A stretch of DNA of 64,000 nt, taken from the NCBI GenBank assembly GCA_963805855.1, contig CAWDVW010000007.1:391457-455456 (forward strand), given 5' to 3'. A program made the translations under genes and the position numbers. Positions 1 through 9,783 of this stretch are shown here, one piece after another (position 1 is the stretch's first letter; every line of letters starts with the position of its first letter). This DNA is from Candidatus Dadabacteria bacterium. Lineage in GTDB: Bacteria; Desulfobacterota_D; UBA1144; Nemesobacterales; CSP1-2. Below the pieces are notes generated by a model. That model was given only the letters and a program-made list of their open reading frames with translations. It was not told where the DNA came from and ran no database searches.

Positions 1-543
1 CCGAAGGGTACGGAATTCGTTGCACCCAGACACGAGACAATAGAAGAGAACAGTGTCATCAATATCGGGAAGCAACAAATAAATGTCATTTATACGCCGG
101 GTCATTGTCCTGAGCATATTTCATTAATCTTGGGGAGCAATATTTTTGTCGGCGACACATTATTCTTATCCGGTTGCGGCACCACAAAATTCAGGGGGGA
201 TGTTGACGAGCTTTATGAAACTATTGCCTTTAAATTAAGGACCCTTCCGGATAATTTTAGGATTTTCTGTGGGCACAATTATGCTGAGAAAAACTTGCTG
301 TTTGCCCTGAATATTGAGCCTGAAAACAGAGCAGCAAAGGCTAAGCTTGAAGAGGTGAGAAAGTTTTTTGACAAAGGCAAAGAACCTCCACCCACAACCA
401 TTGGAGAAGAAAAGCAATATAATCCATTTCTCAGGTTTGATGAGGCTTCCCTGATTACTGAAATAAAAAAAAGGAAACCTTCTCTTGAACAAGAGCCTGA
501 AACAATATTTCGAGAGCTTCGAGAGATGCGGAATAATTGGTGA
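1..543 (+). CDS. gloB: Hydroxyacylglutathione hydrolase (glyoxalase II, MBL fold), 5'-truncated by the window edge
   Basis: Frame 1 is open from nt 1 and reads ...NVIYTPGHCPEHISLILG... (MBL-fold His motif). The C-terminal GHNYAEKNLLFALNIEPEN...EKQYNPFLR resembles the GloB C-terminus. A C-terminal extension follows NPFLR. Confidence 0.75.
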   Translation, partial: PKGTEFVAPRHETIEENSVINIGKQQINVIYTPGHCPEHISLILGSNIFVGDTLFLSGCGTTKFRGDVDELYETIAFKLRTLPDNFRIFCGHNYAEKNLLFALNIEPENRAAKAKLEEVRKFFDKGKEPPPTTIGEEKQYNPFLRFDEASLITEIKKRKPSLEQEPETIFRELREMRNNW

Positions 544-550
544 CATAAAA

Positions 551-578
551 GTAGGGAACGCATATATGCGTTCCCTAC
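551..578. repeat. Perfect 28-bp palindrome GTAGGGAACGCATATATGCGTTCCCTAC (REP-like hairpin, 12-bp stem and 4-nt loop), copy 1
   Basis: Read directly in the sequence. The identical sequence recurs at 13642-13669. Variants occur at 32416-32443 (loop GATC) and 7699-7748 (loop replaced by a 26-nt insert). It lies between the gloB stop and the metH start. Confidence 0.9.
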
Positions 579-625
579 ACTAATACGCATCCAATAAAAC
601 CACTTTCATCGCAATCGCAATTATT

Positions 626-634
626 TGGTATAAT
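626..634 (+). promoter_or_regulatory. Extended -10 promoter element TGGTATAAT ending 7 nt upstream of the metH ATG (possible leaderless transcript)
   Basis: tggtataat at 626-634 and ATG at 642. No Shine-Dalgarno sits between them. Confidence 0.3.
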
Positions 635-641
635 CTTAGCC

Positions 642-3600
642 ATGGATCAGAAGCTGGAAACGGAAAAATTCAAAATTCTTCGTCAATTGCTCAGAGAGCG
701 CATCCTCATTATGGATGGCGCAATGGGGACCATGATCCAATCTTACAAACTTGACGAGGCGGATTTTAGAGGTGGAAGATTCAAGGATCATCAGAAGGAC
801 CTGAAGGGCAATAACGACATCTTATGCCTTACAAAACCGGATTTGGTCGAAAAAATACACAGTCAATACCTTGATGCCGGAGCGACAATTATTGAAACGA
901 ACTCATTTAACAGCACCGGAATCTCGCAGTCTGATTATGGGCTTGAAGATATTGTCTATGAGCTCAATAAAGAAGCGGCGAGAATTGCGAGAAAAGCCAT
1001 AGATGAATTCTCCGCGCAAAATCGGGGGCTGAACTGTTTTGTAGCCGGGGCCCTGGGGCCGACAAACAAGACGGCTTCTATGTCTCCGGATGTAAACAAT
1101 CCGGCGTACAGGAATATCACATTCGGTGAACTTTCCGATGCATATTATGAACAAATCAGGGGTCTTGTTGAGGGAGGTGTTGATATCTTACTGGCGGAGA
1201 CTGTATTCGACACGCTAAATGTAAAGGCGGTTATTTTCGCGATTGAAAGGTTCTTTGATGAGCATCATTTTAGATTGCCGGTGATGATTTCGGTGACTAT
1301 TACGGATGCGTCCGGCAGGACCCTTTCAGGACAGACCGTTGAAGCGTTTTGGAACTCAGTCAGGCATGCCAGGCCTCTTTCCGTCGGGATAAACTGTTCA
1401 TTAGGTGCTAAAGAAATGCGTCCGTATATGGATGAGTTGTCCGCTATCGTAGATTGCTACACAAGTTGCTATCCGAATGCCGGACTCCCGAATCCCTTGA
1501 GCGAAACAGGATACGATCAAAGCCCCGAAGAGACCTCCACATTCCTTGAGGAGTTTGCAAAAAGTGGGTTTGTAAATATCGTTGGAGGATGTTGTGGCAC
1601 CACACCGGATCATATTAGTGCAATAGCAACAAAAATCAGGGACATTCCTCCTCGAAAAATACCGATAATCCCTCCCGCTACCCGTCTCAGCGGGTTAGAA
1701 CCCCTGAACATAGTAGAGGATCCGGCTCCATTCGTGTTGATAGGAGAGCGGACAAACGTTACCGGATCTCCACAATTTGCTAACCTCATCAAGGCCGACA
1801 GGTTTGAAGATGCTCTCGGAGTTGCCAAACAACAGGTGGAAAACGGTGCGAATATTCTTGACGTCAACTTTGACGAGGCGTTGCTGGATAGCGGCGCCTG
1901 TATGATACGCTTCCTTAATCTGATCGCGTCCGAACCCGAAATCTCAAAGATTCCTATCATGATAGATAGCTCGAAGTGGTCGGTGATAGAGGCCGGACTT
2001 CAATGCGTACAGGGCAAATGCATAGTCAACTCGATCAGCCTAAAGGAAGGTGAGGAAAAATTTCTGGAACAAGCACGGCTCGTCATGCGTTACGGCGCGG
2101 CTACGATTGTTATGGCATTTGATGAGAAAGGACAGGCTGCCGATAAAAAGGACAAGGTACGAATTTGTCAACGCGCCTACAAGCTCTTAACTGAAAAGGC
2201 AGGGATGGATCCTACGGATATAATCTTCGATCCAAATATCCTGACTGTTGCGACGGGAATTGAAGAGCACAACAACTACGCAGTCGATTTCATCGAATCC
2301 CTCGGAGAAATAAAGGCCACATGCCCAGGGGCCCGCACCAGCGGAGGTGTCAGTAATATATCTTTCTCGTTCCGCGGTAACAATCTAGTCAGGGAGGCCA
2401 TGCACTCTGCCTTTTTGTATCATGCCATAAACGCTGGCCTTGACATGGCGATCGTGAATGCAGGAATGCTAGCAGTCTATGAGGAGATCGACAAAGAGCT
2501 TCTTGAGATGGTCGAAGACGTACTCTTGAACAGGAGAACGGATGGTACCGAGCGACTCGTTGAATACGCGGAGAAAATTAGGGGTACAGAAAAAGCAAGG
2601 CTGAAAGACGAAGAGTCGTGGCGAAAGGGAAGTGTTAAGGAACGGCTATCGCACTCACTCGTTAAAGGAATAGTAGACTTTATTGAGGAGGATACCGAAG
2701 AGGCGCGTACGAAATACGAAAAGCCACTTGACGTTATTGAAGGTCCTCTCATGGACGGTATGAAGATCGTTGGGGAACTATTCGGAGAGGGCAAAATGTT
2801 TCTGCCCCAGGTGGTCAAGAGCGCGAGGGTAATGAAGAAAGCAGTTGCATATCTAGAACCCTTCATGGAGGCCGAAAAGAGAAACGCTAATGATCCCAGA
2901 GCTAAGGGAAAGTTTGTGATCGCAACTGTGAGGGGAGACGTACACGACATCGGGAAGAACATTGTATCGGTTGTCCTGGGTTGTAATAATTACGAGGTAA
3001 TAGATCTCGGTGTGATGGTACCGTGCGATAAAATCCTTCAAACGGCCAAAGAGGTAAATGCCAATATAATTGGAATGAGCGGCTTGATAACACCGTCTCT
3101 TGATGAAATGATCCACAATGCAAAAGAGATGGAGAGGAATGGTTTCGAGGTGCCGCTACTCATAGGGGGTGCTACCACCAGTGACGCACATACAGCTATC
3201 AAGATTGCCCCAAATTATAGTGGACCTACAATACATGTTCTGGACGCATCATTGGTGGTAGGAGTATGCAGCAATCTGATGAATCCGGATAAGCGTAAAG
3301 TCCTTGAAGCAGAAACCATTGCAAAACAAAAGGCAACCAGAGAACAATATGCTGCACTATCCCATAAGAAGCATTTCATACCCATTGATGAAGCCCGTCG
3401 AGAGAAATTCAAAACCAATTGGCAAGACATTCACATAGACGTGCCTAAAAGGCTGCGAATCGAGATATCGAAGGATATACCACTCGAAGAAGTAGTACCC
3501 TATATCGACTGGACTCCGTTCTTCTGGGTATGGGATCTAAAGGGAGTCTATCCGAAGATATTCGAGCATAAAAAGTGGGGGGAGCAGGCGCGGGCTCTTT

Positions 3601-4391
3601 ACAATGACGCTCAAGATTTATTAAAAGAGATCATAGCCGAAAAACGATTCCGGGTGGGAGCGGTGACCGGCATCTGGCCGGCCAACAGCGTAGGGGACGA
3701 CATCGAAGTTTATGTTCATGAAAAGAGTAATAAGATTTTAGGTACATTTCACTTCCTCAGACAGCAGCAGGACGACGCCGATAAACACGTATTTCATAGT
3801 TTGGCGGATTTTATAGCGCCCAAAGGTTCAGGGCGAAATGATTACTTTGGGGGTTTTGTAGTGACTGCCGGTTGGGAAGTGGAGACATTCGCGGCTACCT
3901 TTTCTTCTAAACATGATGACTACCATGCAATTATGGTAAAAGCCCTCGGTGATAGATTTGCTGAGGCGCTGGCGGAATTGATGCATAAACGGGCGCGTGA
4001 TAATTGGGGATTTGGAATGGACGAAGGTCTTACCTACGATGACTTAATAAAGGAAAGGTATAGGGGGATACGTCCGGCGCCGGGTTACCCATCATGTCCT
4101 GATCATACGGAGAAAGCCCTGCTATGGAAGCTACTCAAACCGGATGAAAATATTGGTGTAGTTCTTACTGAAAATTTTGCGATGAATCCACCCAGCTCGG
4201 TTTCTGGTTGGTATATCGCTCACCCGGAAGCTAAGTATTTTCATTTAGGAAAAATAGACCGTGATCAGGTTGAGGATTATGCTAAGAGGAAGAACATGCC
4301 TCTGCATGTCGTTGAAAAATGGCTGCAGCCAAATCTCGGATATGAACCTTCGGAATTCTCACAGCAAATAAAAGTAGCAGGGAAGCCCTAA
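642..4391 (+). CDS. metH: Cobalamin-dependent methionine synthase (1249 aa: Hcy-binding, pterin-binding, B12-binding and AdoMet-activation domains)
   Basis: Full-length MetH architecture. The N-terminus [12 protein letters not shown] is Hcy-methyltransferase-like, GCCGTTP is the Zn-site Cys motif, and a B12-binding region (..[10 protein letters not shown].., GGATTS) precedes the C-terminal activation domain. Confidence 0.95.
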   Translation: MDQKLETEKFKILRQLLRERILIMDGAMGTMIQSYKLDEADFRGGRFKDHQKDLKGNNDILCLTKPDLVEKIHSQYLDAGATIIETNSFNSTGISQSDYGLEDIVYELNKEAARIARKAIDEFSAQNRGLNCFVAGALGPTNKTASMSPDVNNPAYRNITFGELSDAYYEQIRGLVEGGVDILLAETVFDTLNVKAVIFAIERFFDEHHFRLPVMISVTITDASGRTLSGQTVEAFWNSVRHARPLSVGINCSLGAKEMRPYMDELSAIVDCYTSCYPNAGLPNPLSETGYDQSPEETSTFLEEFAKSGFVNIVGGCCGTTPDHISAIATKIRDIPPRKIPIIPPATRLSGLEPLNIVEDPAPFVLIGERTNVTGSPQFANLIKADRFEDALGVAKQQVENGANILDVNFDEALLDSGACMIRFLNLIASEPEISKIPIMIDSSKWSVIEAGLQCVQGKCIVNSISLKEGEEKFLEQARLVMRYGAATIVMAFDEKGQAADKKDKVRICQRAYKLLTEKAGMDPTDIIFDPNILTVATGIEEHNNYAVDFIESLGEIKATCPGARTSGGVSNISFSFRGNNLVREAMHSAFLYHAINAGLDMAIVNAGMLAVYEEIDKELLEMVEDVLLNRRTDGTERLVEYAEKIRGTEKARLKDEESWRKGSVKERLSHSLVKGIVDFIEEDTEEARTKYEKPLDVIEGPLMDGMKIVGELFGEGKMFLPQVVKSARVMKKAVAYLEPFMEAEKRNANDPRAKGKFVIATVRGDVHDIGKNIVSVVLGCNNYEVIDLGVMVPCDKILQTAKEVNANIIGMSGLITPSLDEMIHNAKEMERNGFEVPLLIGGATTSDAHTAIKIAPNYSGPTIHVLDASLVVGVCSNLMNPDKRKVLEAETIAKQKATREQYAALSHKKHFIPIDEARREKFKTNWQDIHIDVPKRLRIEISKDIPLEEVVPYIDWTPFFWVWDLKGVYPKIFEHKKWGEQARALYNDAQDLLKEIIAEKRFRVGAVTGIWPANSVGDDIEVYVHEKSNKILGTFHFLRQQQDDADKHVFHSLADFIAPKGSGRNDYFGGFVVTAGWEVETFAATFSSKHDDYHAIMVKALGDRFAEALAELMHKRARDNWGFGMDEGLTYDDLIKERYRGIRPAPGYPSCPDHTEKALLWKLLKPDENIGVVLTENFAMNPPSSVSGWYIAHPEAKYFHLGKIDRDQVEDYAKRKNMPLHVVEKWLQPNLGYEPSEFSQQIKVAGKP

Positions 4392-4436
4392 ATATTTCTG
4401 GTAATTAAGATAAAGTCGAAAGAGTTATCCGTTTAT

Positions 4437-4838
4437 TCAGCCCTCAGCAGGTAGTACGGAATACTTTCTGAGTATCTCCCGGAGATCTATTGAAAATCTT
4501 GATCTGGGAATTACAAGATCACAACCCGCTCTATCAGCTTCCTTTTTTAATTCGATTTGAACGTGCGATAAAAATCCGATCACTGGAATCTGTTTAAGCT
4601 CACTGCTAGATTTAATGCTTTTTATAATTTCGAGAGGGCTGCCGGCTCTGGAATTGAGATCAAATATGATCAGAGAGGGTTTTTCTGATAATATTTTCTC
4701 TTTAAACCCGTCCGGGGTTTTTACAAATTCCAGGTCTATGTCAAGAGTCTTGGCGGCTTCTCTAATCTTCGACGAGAAGAAGAGATCATCCAATACAGCT
4801 AGAATCTTTTTTCTGTGATTTTTCCTTTCACTAATCAT
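4437..4838 (-). CDS. Single-domain response regulator (CheY-like receiver only)
   Basis: 133 aa. Acidic pocket LAVLDD and phospho-acceptor LIIFDLN are present. No output domain and no kinase gene lies adjacent. Confidence 0.7.
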   Translation of the reverse strand: MISERKNHRKKILAVLDDLFFSSKIREAAKTLDIDLEFVKTPDGFKEKILSEKPSLIIFDLNSRAGSPLEIIKSIKSSSELKQIPVIGFLSHVQIELKKEADRAGCDLVIPRSRFSIDLREILRKYSVLPAEG

Positions 4839-5083
4839 TAACCTTTACGTAAATAGAGTGTATATTAAAGGTGTTTTTTATCAATATGATTTAGCCTGCT
4901 CAGATCCACTGAGAAATTTAGCTATTGCAAATCAGCAGTGAGAAGTTAATGATGTCTCTTAAGGGCCCCGAAGTTGTTGAGTTGTTCGAGGATTGATAAT
5001 ATGTGGATTGAAGGATGCCGACTCGCGACTTTGAACGTCTGATGTATGACTATTTCTCTTGATACCTCTGTGGTTGACTGGAA

Positions 5084-5806
5084 TTGCAAGTGAAAGACAA
5101 TAATCGAATCAAGGCTATTTTTTTCGATGCCGCCGATACCCTATTTTATATAAGTGATGGTCTCGGGAATGTCTATTCTTCGGTAGCAGCGAAATACGGA
5201 TCAACCCCGGATCCCAAATTGGTCAAGGCCGCGTTTTCAAATGCCTTCCACTCAGCACCACCTTTAGTTTTTGGTCGACTTTCTTCTGAAGAAAGAAGGG
5301 TATCTGAAAAGAAATGGTGGTACCGCGTGGTTGAAGACGTTTTTCAAGAAGTGGGCATGTTTGACAGATTTGACTCATACTTTGACGAGCTATTTGAGCT
5401 TTTTAGACATGGTGCATGGAAATTATTTCCTGAAACTCATGGTGTATTAAACTCGCTCGAGAAGCGGGGCTTCAAATTAGGCTTAATTTCAAACTTTGAT
5501 ACGAGGGTGTACGATGTCTGCCAAGCGCTGGGTATATATAAATATTTCAGGTCGTTTGTGATCTCTAGTGAAGCTGGATTCGCAAAACCCTCACCCCAAA
5601 TTTTTGAAATCGCCCTTAATGAGCAGGGTGTATTGGCGGAGGAGTCTATTCATATAGGCGATAGTATAGAACATGATATACTGGGGGCAAAAACCCTGGG
5701 CATAAATGCTGTGTTGCTTGATAGGGAAGGAAAACATAAACACAGGGATGATATCTGGAAAATAAAAGATCTGAGAGGCGTTTTTCAAATTTTAGGTGAC
5801 TCTTGA
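5084..5806 (+). CDS. HAD-superfamily hydrolase
   Basis: N-terminal IFFDAADTLFY (motif I variant), ISNFD (motif II-like) and a C-terminal GDSxxHD motif. A TTG start is predicted at 5084, with an alternative GTG at 5090. Confidence 0.7.
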   Translation: MQVKDNNRIKAIFFDAADTLFYISDGLGNVYSSVAAKYGSTPDPKLVKAAFSNAFHSAPPLVFGRLSSEERRVSEKKWWYRVVEDVFQEVGMFDRFDSYFDELFELFRHGAWKLFPETHGVLNSLEKRGFKLGLISNFDTRVYDVCQALGIYKYFRSFVISSEAGFAKPSPQIFEIALNEQGVLAEESIHIGDSIEHDILGAKTLGINAVLLDREGKHKHRDDIWKIKDLRGVFQILGDS

Positions 5807-5836
5807 ACATGTAAATTAATTCCTTGGAGGATCATC

Positions 5837-6277
5837 ATGAAGACTGCAGGATTAGCCTTACTCGTAGCATCAATATGGGGCATTACGCCAATATTTGAAA
5901 AACTAAGTTTGGAAAGGGCTTCCCCTCTTACCGTGATAACGTTGCGTTTTATATTTACGGCTACGTGTTTTGGCGTTTATTCGGCCATAACGGGAGGGTA
6001 TAAGGATTTCGGCTCTTTAGACGGGAAAACTCTACTCTACATCATTCTTGCCGCCGTTTTCGGCGGCATTATTGGTCTACTCATATTTTTCACCGCGCTC
6101 AAGCAGGATTTTACCACGAAGATAGTACCTATAGCTGCTACTTTCCCACTGTTTACCGCCCTCTATGCCTTTATGTTCCTCAACGAGCATATCTCATCTC
6201 CGAGGCTTGTCGGAATTATCCTCATAGTAATTGGATTGATTCTAGTAAATTGGAATAGCCTTAGCTATTCGGATTAG
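5837..6277 (+). CDS. Small EamA/DMT-family membrane protein (single EamA repeat, about 4 TM)
   Basis: 146 aa, strongly hydrophobic, with EamA-like glycine-rich helices. A good SD GGAGGA lies 5 nt upstream. Confidence 0.6.
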   Translation: MKTAGLALLVASIWGITPIFEKLSLERASPLTVITLRFIFTATCFGVYSAITGGYKDFGSLDGKTLLYIILAAVFGGIIGLLIFFTALKQDFTTKIVPIAATFPLFTALYAFMFLNEHISSPRLVGIILIVIGLILVNWNSLSYSD

Positions 6278-6468
6278 TCATGTTTTTTAGTTTTTCCAAT
6301 ACGAGTAAAGAGTACGAACGCCATGGCCGGTCTTTTCGAGGAATCTCTCATAGCAAATTGAACAGTATCTAATTTCCAGCCCTTATTAACCCACGTATTT
6401 ATCACAGCTTCCAGGTCCTCTGCCGTCACGGTTGCTAATTCTACCACCTTGTAAGTAGTCTTTGTCAT
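6274..6468 (-). CDS. Small DUF4177-like protein
   Basis: 64 aa, [11 protein letters not shown]...KGWKL pattern. It overlaps hemB by 4 nt (translationally coupled). Confidence 0.5.
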   Translation of the reverse strand: MTKTTYKVVELATVTAEDLEAVINTWVNKGWKLDTVQFAMRDSSKRPAMAFVLFTRIGKTKKHD

Positions 6469-7472
6469 TGCGCGTGCTTGGAAGAGCCCAATAATCTTGC
6501 GGCTTCCTTGGCAAAATAGGAAATAATGATATCTGCCCCCGCTCTCTTTATGCTAGTTAACATCTCCATAACCACTAGTTTTTCATCTATCCAACCGAGC
6601 CTGCCTGCAGCCTTAACCATCGAATATTCACCACTGACGTTATAGGCGGCAAGCGGATAGTCGAACTCTTCCCTGGCCGCTCTTATAACATCAAGATATG
6701 ACATTGCGGGTTTCACCATCACGATGTCCGCACCCTCCTCAATGTCGAGGGCAATTTCACGCAAAGCCTCTCTAACGTTGGGCGGATCCATCTGATATTC
6801 TTTCCTGTCGCCAAATTCGGGCGAGGACTTCGCAGCCTCTCTAAATGGTCCATAGAATGCGGATGCGTATTTCGCTGAATACGACATTATTGCCGTATCA
6901 ATTAAACCATTCTCGTCCAGTGCGCTTCTAATAGCTCCAACACGGCCGTCCATCATGTCAGACGGGGCGACAATATCAGCCCCAGCCCGTGCATGCGATA
7001 ATGCGATCTGTCCCAGATACTCGAGTGTTTCATCGTTATCCACTTTACCCCCTCTGATTATCCCGCAATGGCCGTGACTGGTATATCCACACATGCAAAT
7101 GTCGGTTATTAGCACGATGCTATCAAACCTCTCCCTTATTTCCCTTAACGCCCTCTGGATAATGCCGTTTTCATCGTAAGCCTCCGATCCCAATTCATCT
7201 TTCAACTCAGGAACCCCAAACAAAAGGATCGCCTTAATTCCAAGTTCCTTTAACTGTTTTATCTCCTTTATTGCATTGTCTATTGACTGTCTGAATATTC
7301 CCGGCATAGAGGTAATCTCCTCTTTAAATCTCTTACCGGGAGCGACGAACATCGGATAGACGAAATCATCCACGCTTAATTTAGTCTCACAAACCATTTC
7401 ACGGATGTGTTTATTTTTCCGCAGTCTTCTTGGACGATAATCAGGGAAGTGCATATTAAATCTGATTCTCAA
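6465..7472 (-). CDS. hemB: Porphobilinogen synthase (delta-aminolevulinate dehydratase)
   Basis: RPRRLR N-terminal motif, Zn-binding Cys cluster [14 protein letters not shown], and the active-site region VMVKPA.... Confidence 0.93.
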   Translation of the reverse strand: MRIRFNMHFPDYRPRRLRKNKHIREMVCETKLSVDDFVYPMFVAPGKRFKEEITSMPGIFRQSIDNAIKEIKQLKELGIKAILLFGVPELKDELGSEAYDENGIIQRALREIRERFDSIVLITDICMCGYTSHGHCGIIRGGKVDNDETLEYLGQIALSHARAGADIVAPSDMMDGRVGAIRSALDENGLIDTAIMSYSAKYASAFYGPFREAAKSSPEFGDRKEYQMDPPNVREALREIALDIEEGADIVMVKPAMSYLDVIRAAREEFDYPLAAYNVSGEYSMVKAAGRLGWIDEKLVVMEMLTSIKRAGADIIISYFAKEAARLLGSSKHAQ

Positions 7473-7698
7473 ATAATCTTATTTTAGATTTCAATATAAC
7501 AAGTTTTTATATTTATGAAAAGGCTTGTATGCGATAAATTAGTCAAGCAATCGCAAAAACAGATTGCCCCCATCACCACCCCGAGTGAAATAGTCCTGTA
7601 ATATTTTCGTTGCACCTGTTCCCGCAATTGTAGATGTTAGATACTGCGAGGATAGTCCCTTAGGTGCTAAATGGGCCTTCAAAAATGCCGACGAATTC

Positions 7699-7748
7699 GT
7701 AGGGAACGCATCCTTCGACCGAGCTCAGGACAGGTCTGCGTTCCCTAC
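7699..7748. repeat. Palindrome copy with a nested insert: GTAGGGAACGCA-[TCCTTCGACCGAGCTCAGGACAGGTC]-TGCGTTCCCTAC
   Basis: Both palindrome arms are intact. The 4-nt loop is replaced by a 26-nt module that also occurs at 13286-13307 and 51556-51578. Confidence 0.85.
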
Positions 7749-7768
7749 ATTTCGCCTCATATAATTTG

Positions 7769-7837
7769 TTGGTAACGCTCTGCTAATGTTAAAGGAGGTT
7801 GCTTCGACCGACAAAGTCAGTCTCGCAATGACATGAG
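7769..7837 (-). repeat. Element-1 repeat copy (TGTCATTGCGAGA...CGAAGCAACCTCC...CATTAGCAGAGCG), reverse orientation, adjacent to the palindrome
   Basis: The reverse complement aligns with copies at 29577-29632, 30048-30100, 30133-30200 and 32464-32530. Confidence 0.8.
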
Positions 7838-8026
7838 AGACCACTTCTACTGGTACCGATCCTTTAAACCTAGCCTGAGACTTATTGATTAAATTAATTC
7901 CTTCTTATTGAAATGCCTTCGTCCATTGAGTTAAATATAGCCTATTGAAAATTTAAAATAAAAAAGGACCAATTATTGGTTTAGTATTTTTTTAAGTCAT
8001 ATTTATCCACATAGAAATAATTCTCG

Positions 8027-9181
8027 ATGAAAGCGAAACATAACGAAAATCGACCCATCGTCGGCATCATAGGCGGAGGGCAGCTCGCCAGGATGACAGC
8101 CATTGCCGCATACAGACTCGGTATAGAAATAGCTATTTTGGACCCCGACATAAAAAGTCCTGCAGGACAAATAGTGCGAAAAATCGTGATTGGATCTATA
8201 AATGATATTAGAACGTTGGAAGAGCTATCCAGAATAAGCAGCTTGATTACACTAGAAAATGAGTTTGTCGATGCACCGTTGCTGGAAAAGATTGAGTCGT
8301 CAGGAGCTATTGTCTTTCCTTCGTCGAAGACCTTAGGATTGATACAGGACAAACTCACCCAAAAGCAGACTTTGGAGTCAAGTATGATAGGGGTTCCAAA
8401 ATTCATGGTGGTGTCGGATGAGAATGATATTCTTGAAGGCGGGAGAAAATATGGATGGCCGGTAATTCTCAAGGTTAGGAGGAACGCGTACGACGGTAGA
8501 GGCAATGAATCGATCAACGGTCCGGATGAGATACATTCGGCATGGAATAACCTTTACGGTGATAAACGTGATTTTATGGTTGAAGAATTTATTAGATTTA
8601 AAAAAGAGCTTGCAATTATGGTTGTAAGAAATACAAAGGGTGAGTCAGCAACATACCCTGTGGTTGAAACCATTCAAAAAGACCACATTTGCCACATAGT
8701 GAGGGCTCCCGCAGGTATCGGTGATGATATTAGTACAAACGCGGCAAATATGGCCAAGAAAGCGATTGAAGCGATTGATGGCATAGGGGTATTCGGAGTT
8801 GAAATGTTCCTCCTGGAAGATGATAGGGTACTCATAAATGAAATTGCTCCACGACCCCACAATTCAGGGCATTACACAATCGAGGCCTGCGTTACATCAC
8901 AATATGAAAATCATTTACGTGCCATTCTGGGTTATCCTTTGGGCTCGACCAGTATGGTGAGTCCCGCAGCCGTGATGGTTAACTTACTCGGCAGCGGCGA
9001 TGGAGAATCAGTTGTTAAGGGACTTGATGAGGCTTTAAAGGTTACAGGCGCTCATATTCATATATACTGTAAGGAGCACACTCGGCCGAATCGTAAGATG
9101 GGTCATCTCACAGTACTGGGGCAAAACATTGAAGAATCGTCCGACAGGGCACTTAAGGCTGCAGGCATGATATCCTTCTGA
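8027..9181 (+). CDS. purK: N5-carboxyaminoimidazole ribonucleotide synthase
   Basis: IVGIIGGGQLARM N-terminus, ATP-grasp fold, and the C-terminal MGHL motif. Confidence 0.92.
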   Translation: MKAKHNENRPIVGIIGGGQLARMTAIAAYRLGIEIAILDPDIKSPAGQIVRKIVIGSINDIRTLEELSRISSLITLENEFVDAPLLEKIESSGAIVFPSSKTLGLIQDKLTQKQTLESSMIGVPKFMVVSDENDILEGGRKYGWPVILKVRRNAYDGRGNESINGPDEIHSAWNNLYGDKRDFMVEEFIRFKKELAIMVVRNTKGESATYPVVETIQKDHICHIVRAPAGIGDDISTNAANMAKKAIEAIDGIGVFGVEMFLLEDDRVLINEIAPRPHNSGHYTIEACVTSQYENHLRAILGYPLGSTSMVSPAAVMVNLLGSGDGESVVKGLDEALKVTGAHIHIYCKEHTRPNRKMGHLTVLGQNIEESSDRALKAAGMISF

Positions 9182-9196
9182 AAAATTTCCAAGGAG

Positions 9197-9703
9197 GTGA
9201 GGGTACACGTGAATCCGTTAATAGGAATAGTTATGGGAAGTGATTCAGATTTGCCGACAATGATAGCCGCATCAAAGGTGTGTGGTGAATTCAATATTCC
9301 ATACGAAATGAGGATTCTGTCTGCCCACCGCACACCCGTAGATATGGCTAAATACGCCCAGGAAGCCCACGTGAGAGGTATTAAGGTGATTATCGCAGGC
9401 GCGGGAGGTGCCGCTCATCTTCCGGGAATGATTGCCGCACATTCACCTCTTCCTGTAATAGGTGTTCCTATCAGTACCGAAGCCCTAAGTGGCCTCGACT
9501 CCCTCTTGTCAATTGTACAGATGCCTAGTGGCGTGCCGGTTGCGACAGTCGCAATCGGGGGCGCGAAGAATGCTGCCCTCTTGGCCATCGAAATCCTTGG
9601 TACGTCGGATAAAAAGATACTTAAGAAGATGATAGATTATAAGCAAAATGCGGCGGAAGAATCGAGACAAAAGAATAAACGCATGCCAAAGAGTAAAAAA
9701 TAA
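9197..9703 (+). CDS. purE: N5-CAIR mutase
   Basis: [12 protein letters not shown] and [10 protein letters not shown] signatures. A GGAGGTGAGG SD lies upstream. It follows purK directly. Confidence 0.93.
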   Translation: MRVHVNPLIGIVMGSDSDLPTMIAASKVCGEFNIPYEMRILSAHRTPVDMAKYAQEAHVRGIKVIIAGAGGAAHLPGMIAAHSPLPVIGVPISTEALSGLDSLLSIVQMPSGVPVATVAIGGAKNAALLAIEILGTSDKKILKKMIDYKQNAAEESRQKNKRMPKSKK

Positions 9704-9783
9704 TATCCCTGACGTATGATCACGTGCGGGTCTGATTACAAAATCGTACCAGACTGATAATTCAGAACTTATAAGGAACTGCT

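Noticed and set aside
2477-3123. Antisense ORFs inside metH (161, 87 and 73 aa); similarly 15938..16564 inside pepA, 43158..43925 inside lpd, 8674..8862, 23044..23469, 28985..29500 and others
   Set aside because: Each lies entirely within a strongly supported conserved gene on the opposite strand and has low-complexity Ser/Pro/Arg-rich composition typical of shadow ORFs.
7473-8026. Possible purine riboswitch upstream of purK-purE
   Set aside because: The 550-nt leader lacks the conserved purine-riboswitch P1/J2-3 core. The region is instead explained by the palindrome and Element-1 repeats.
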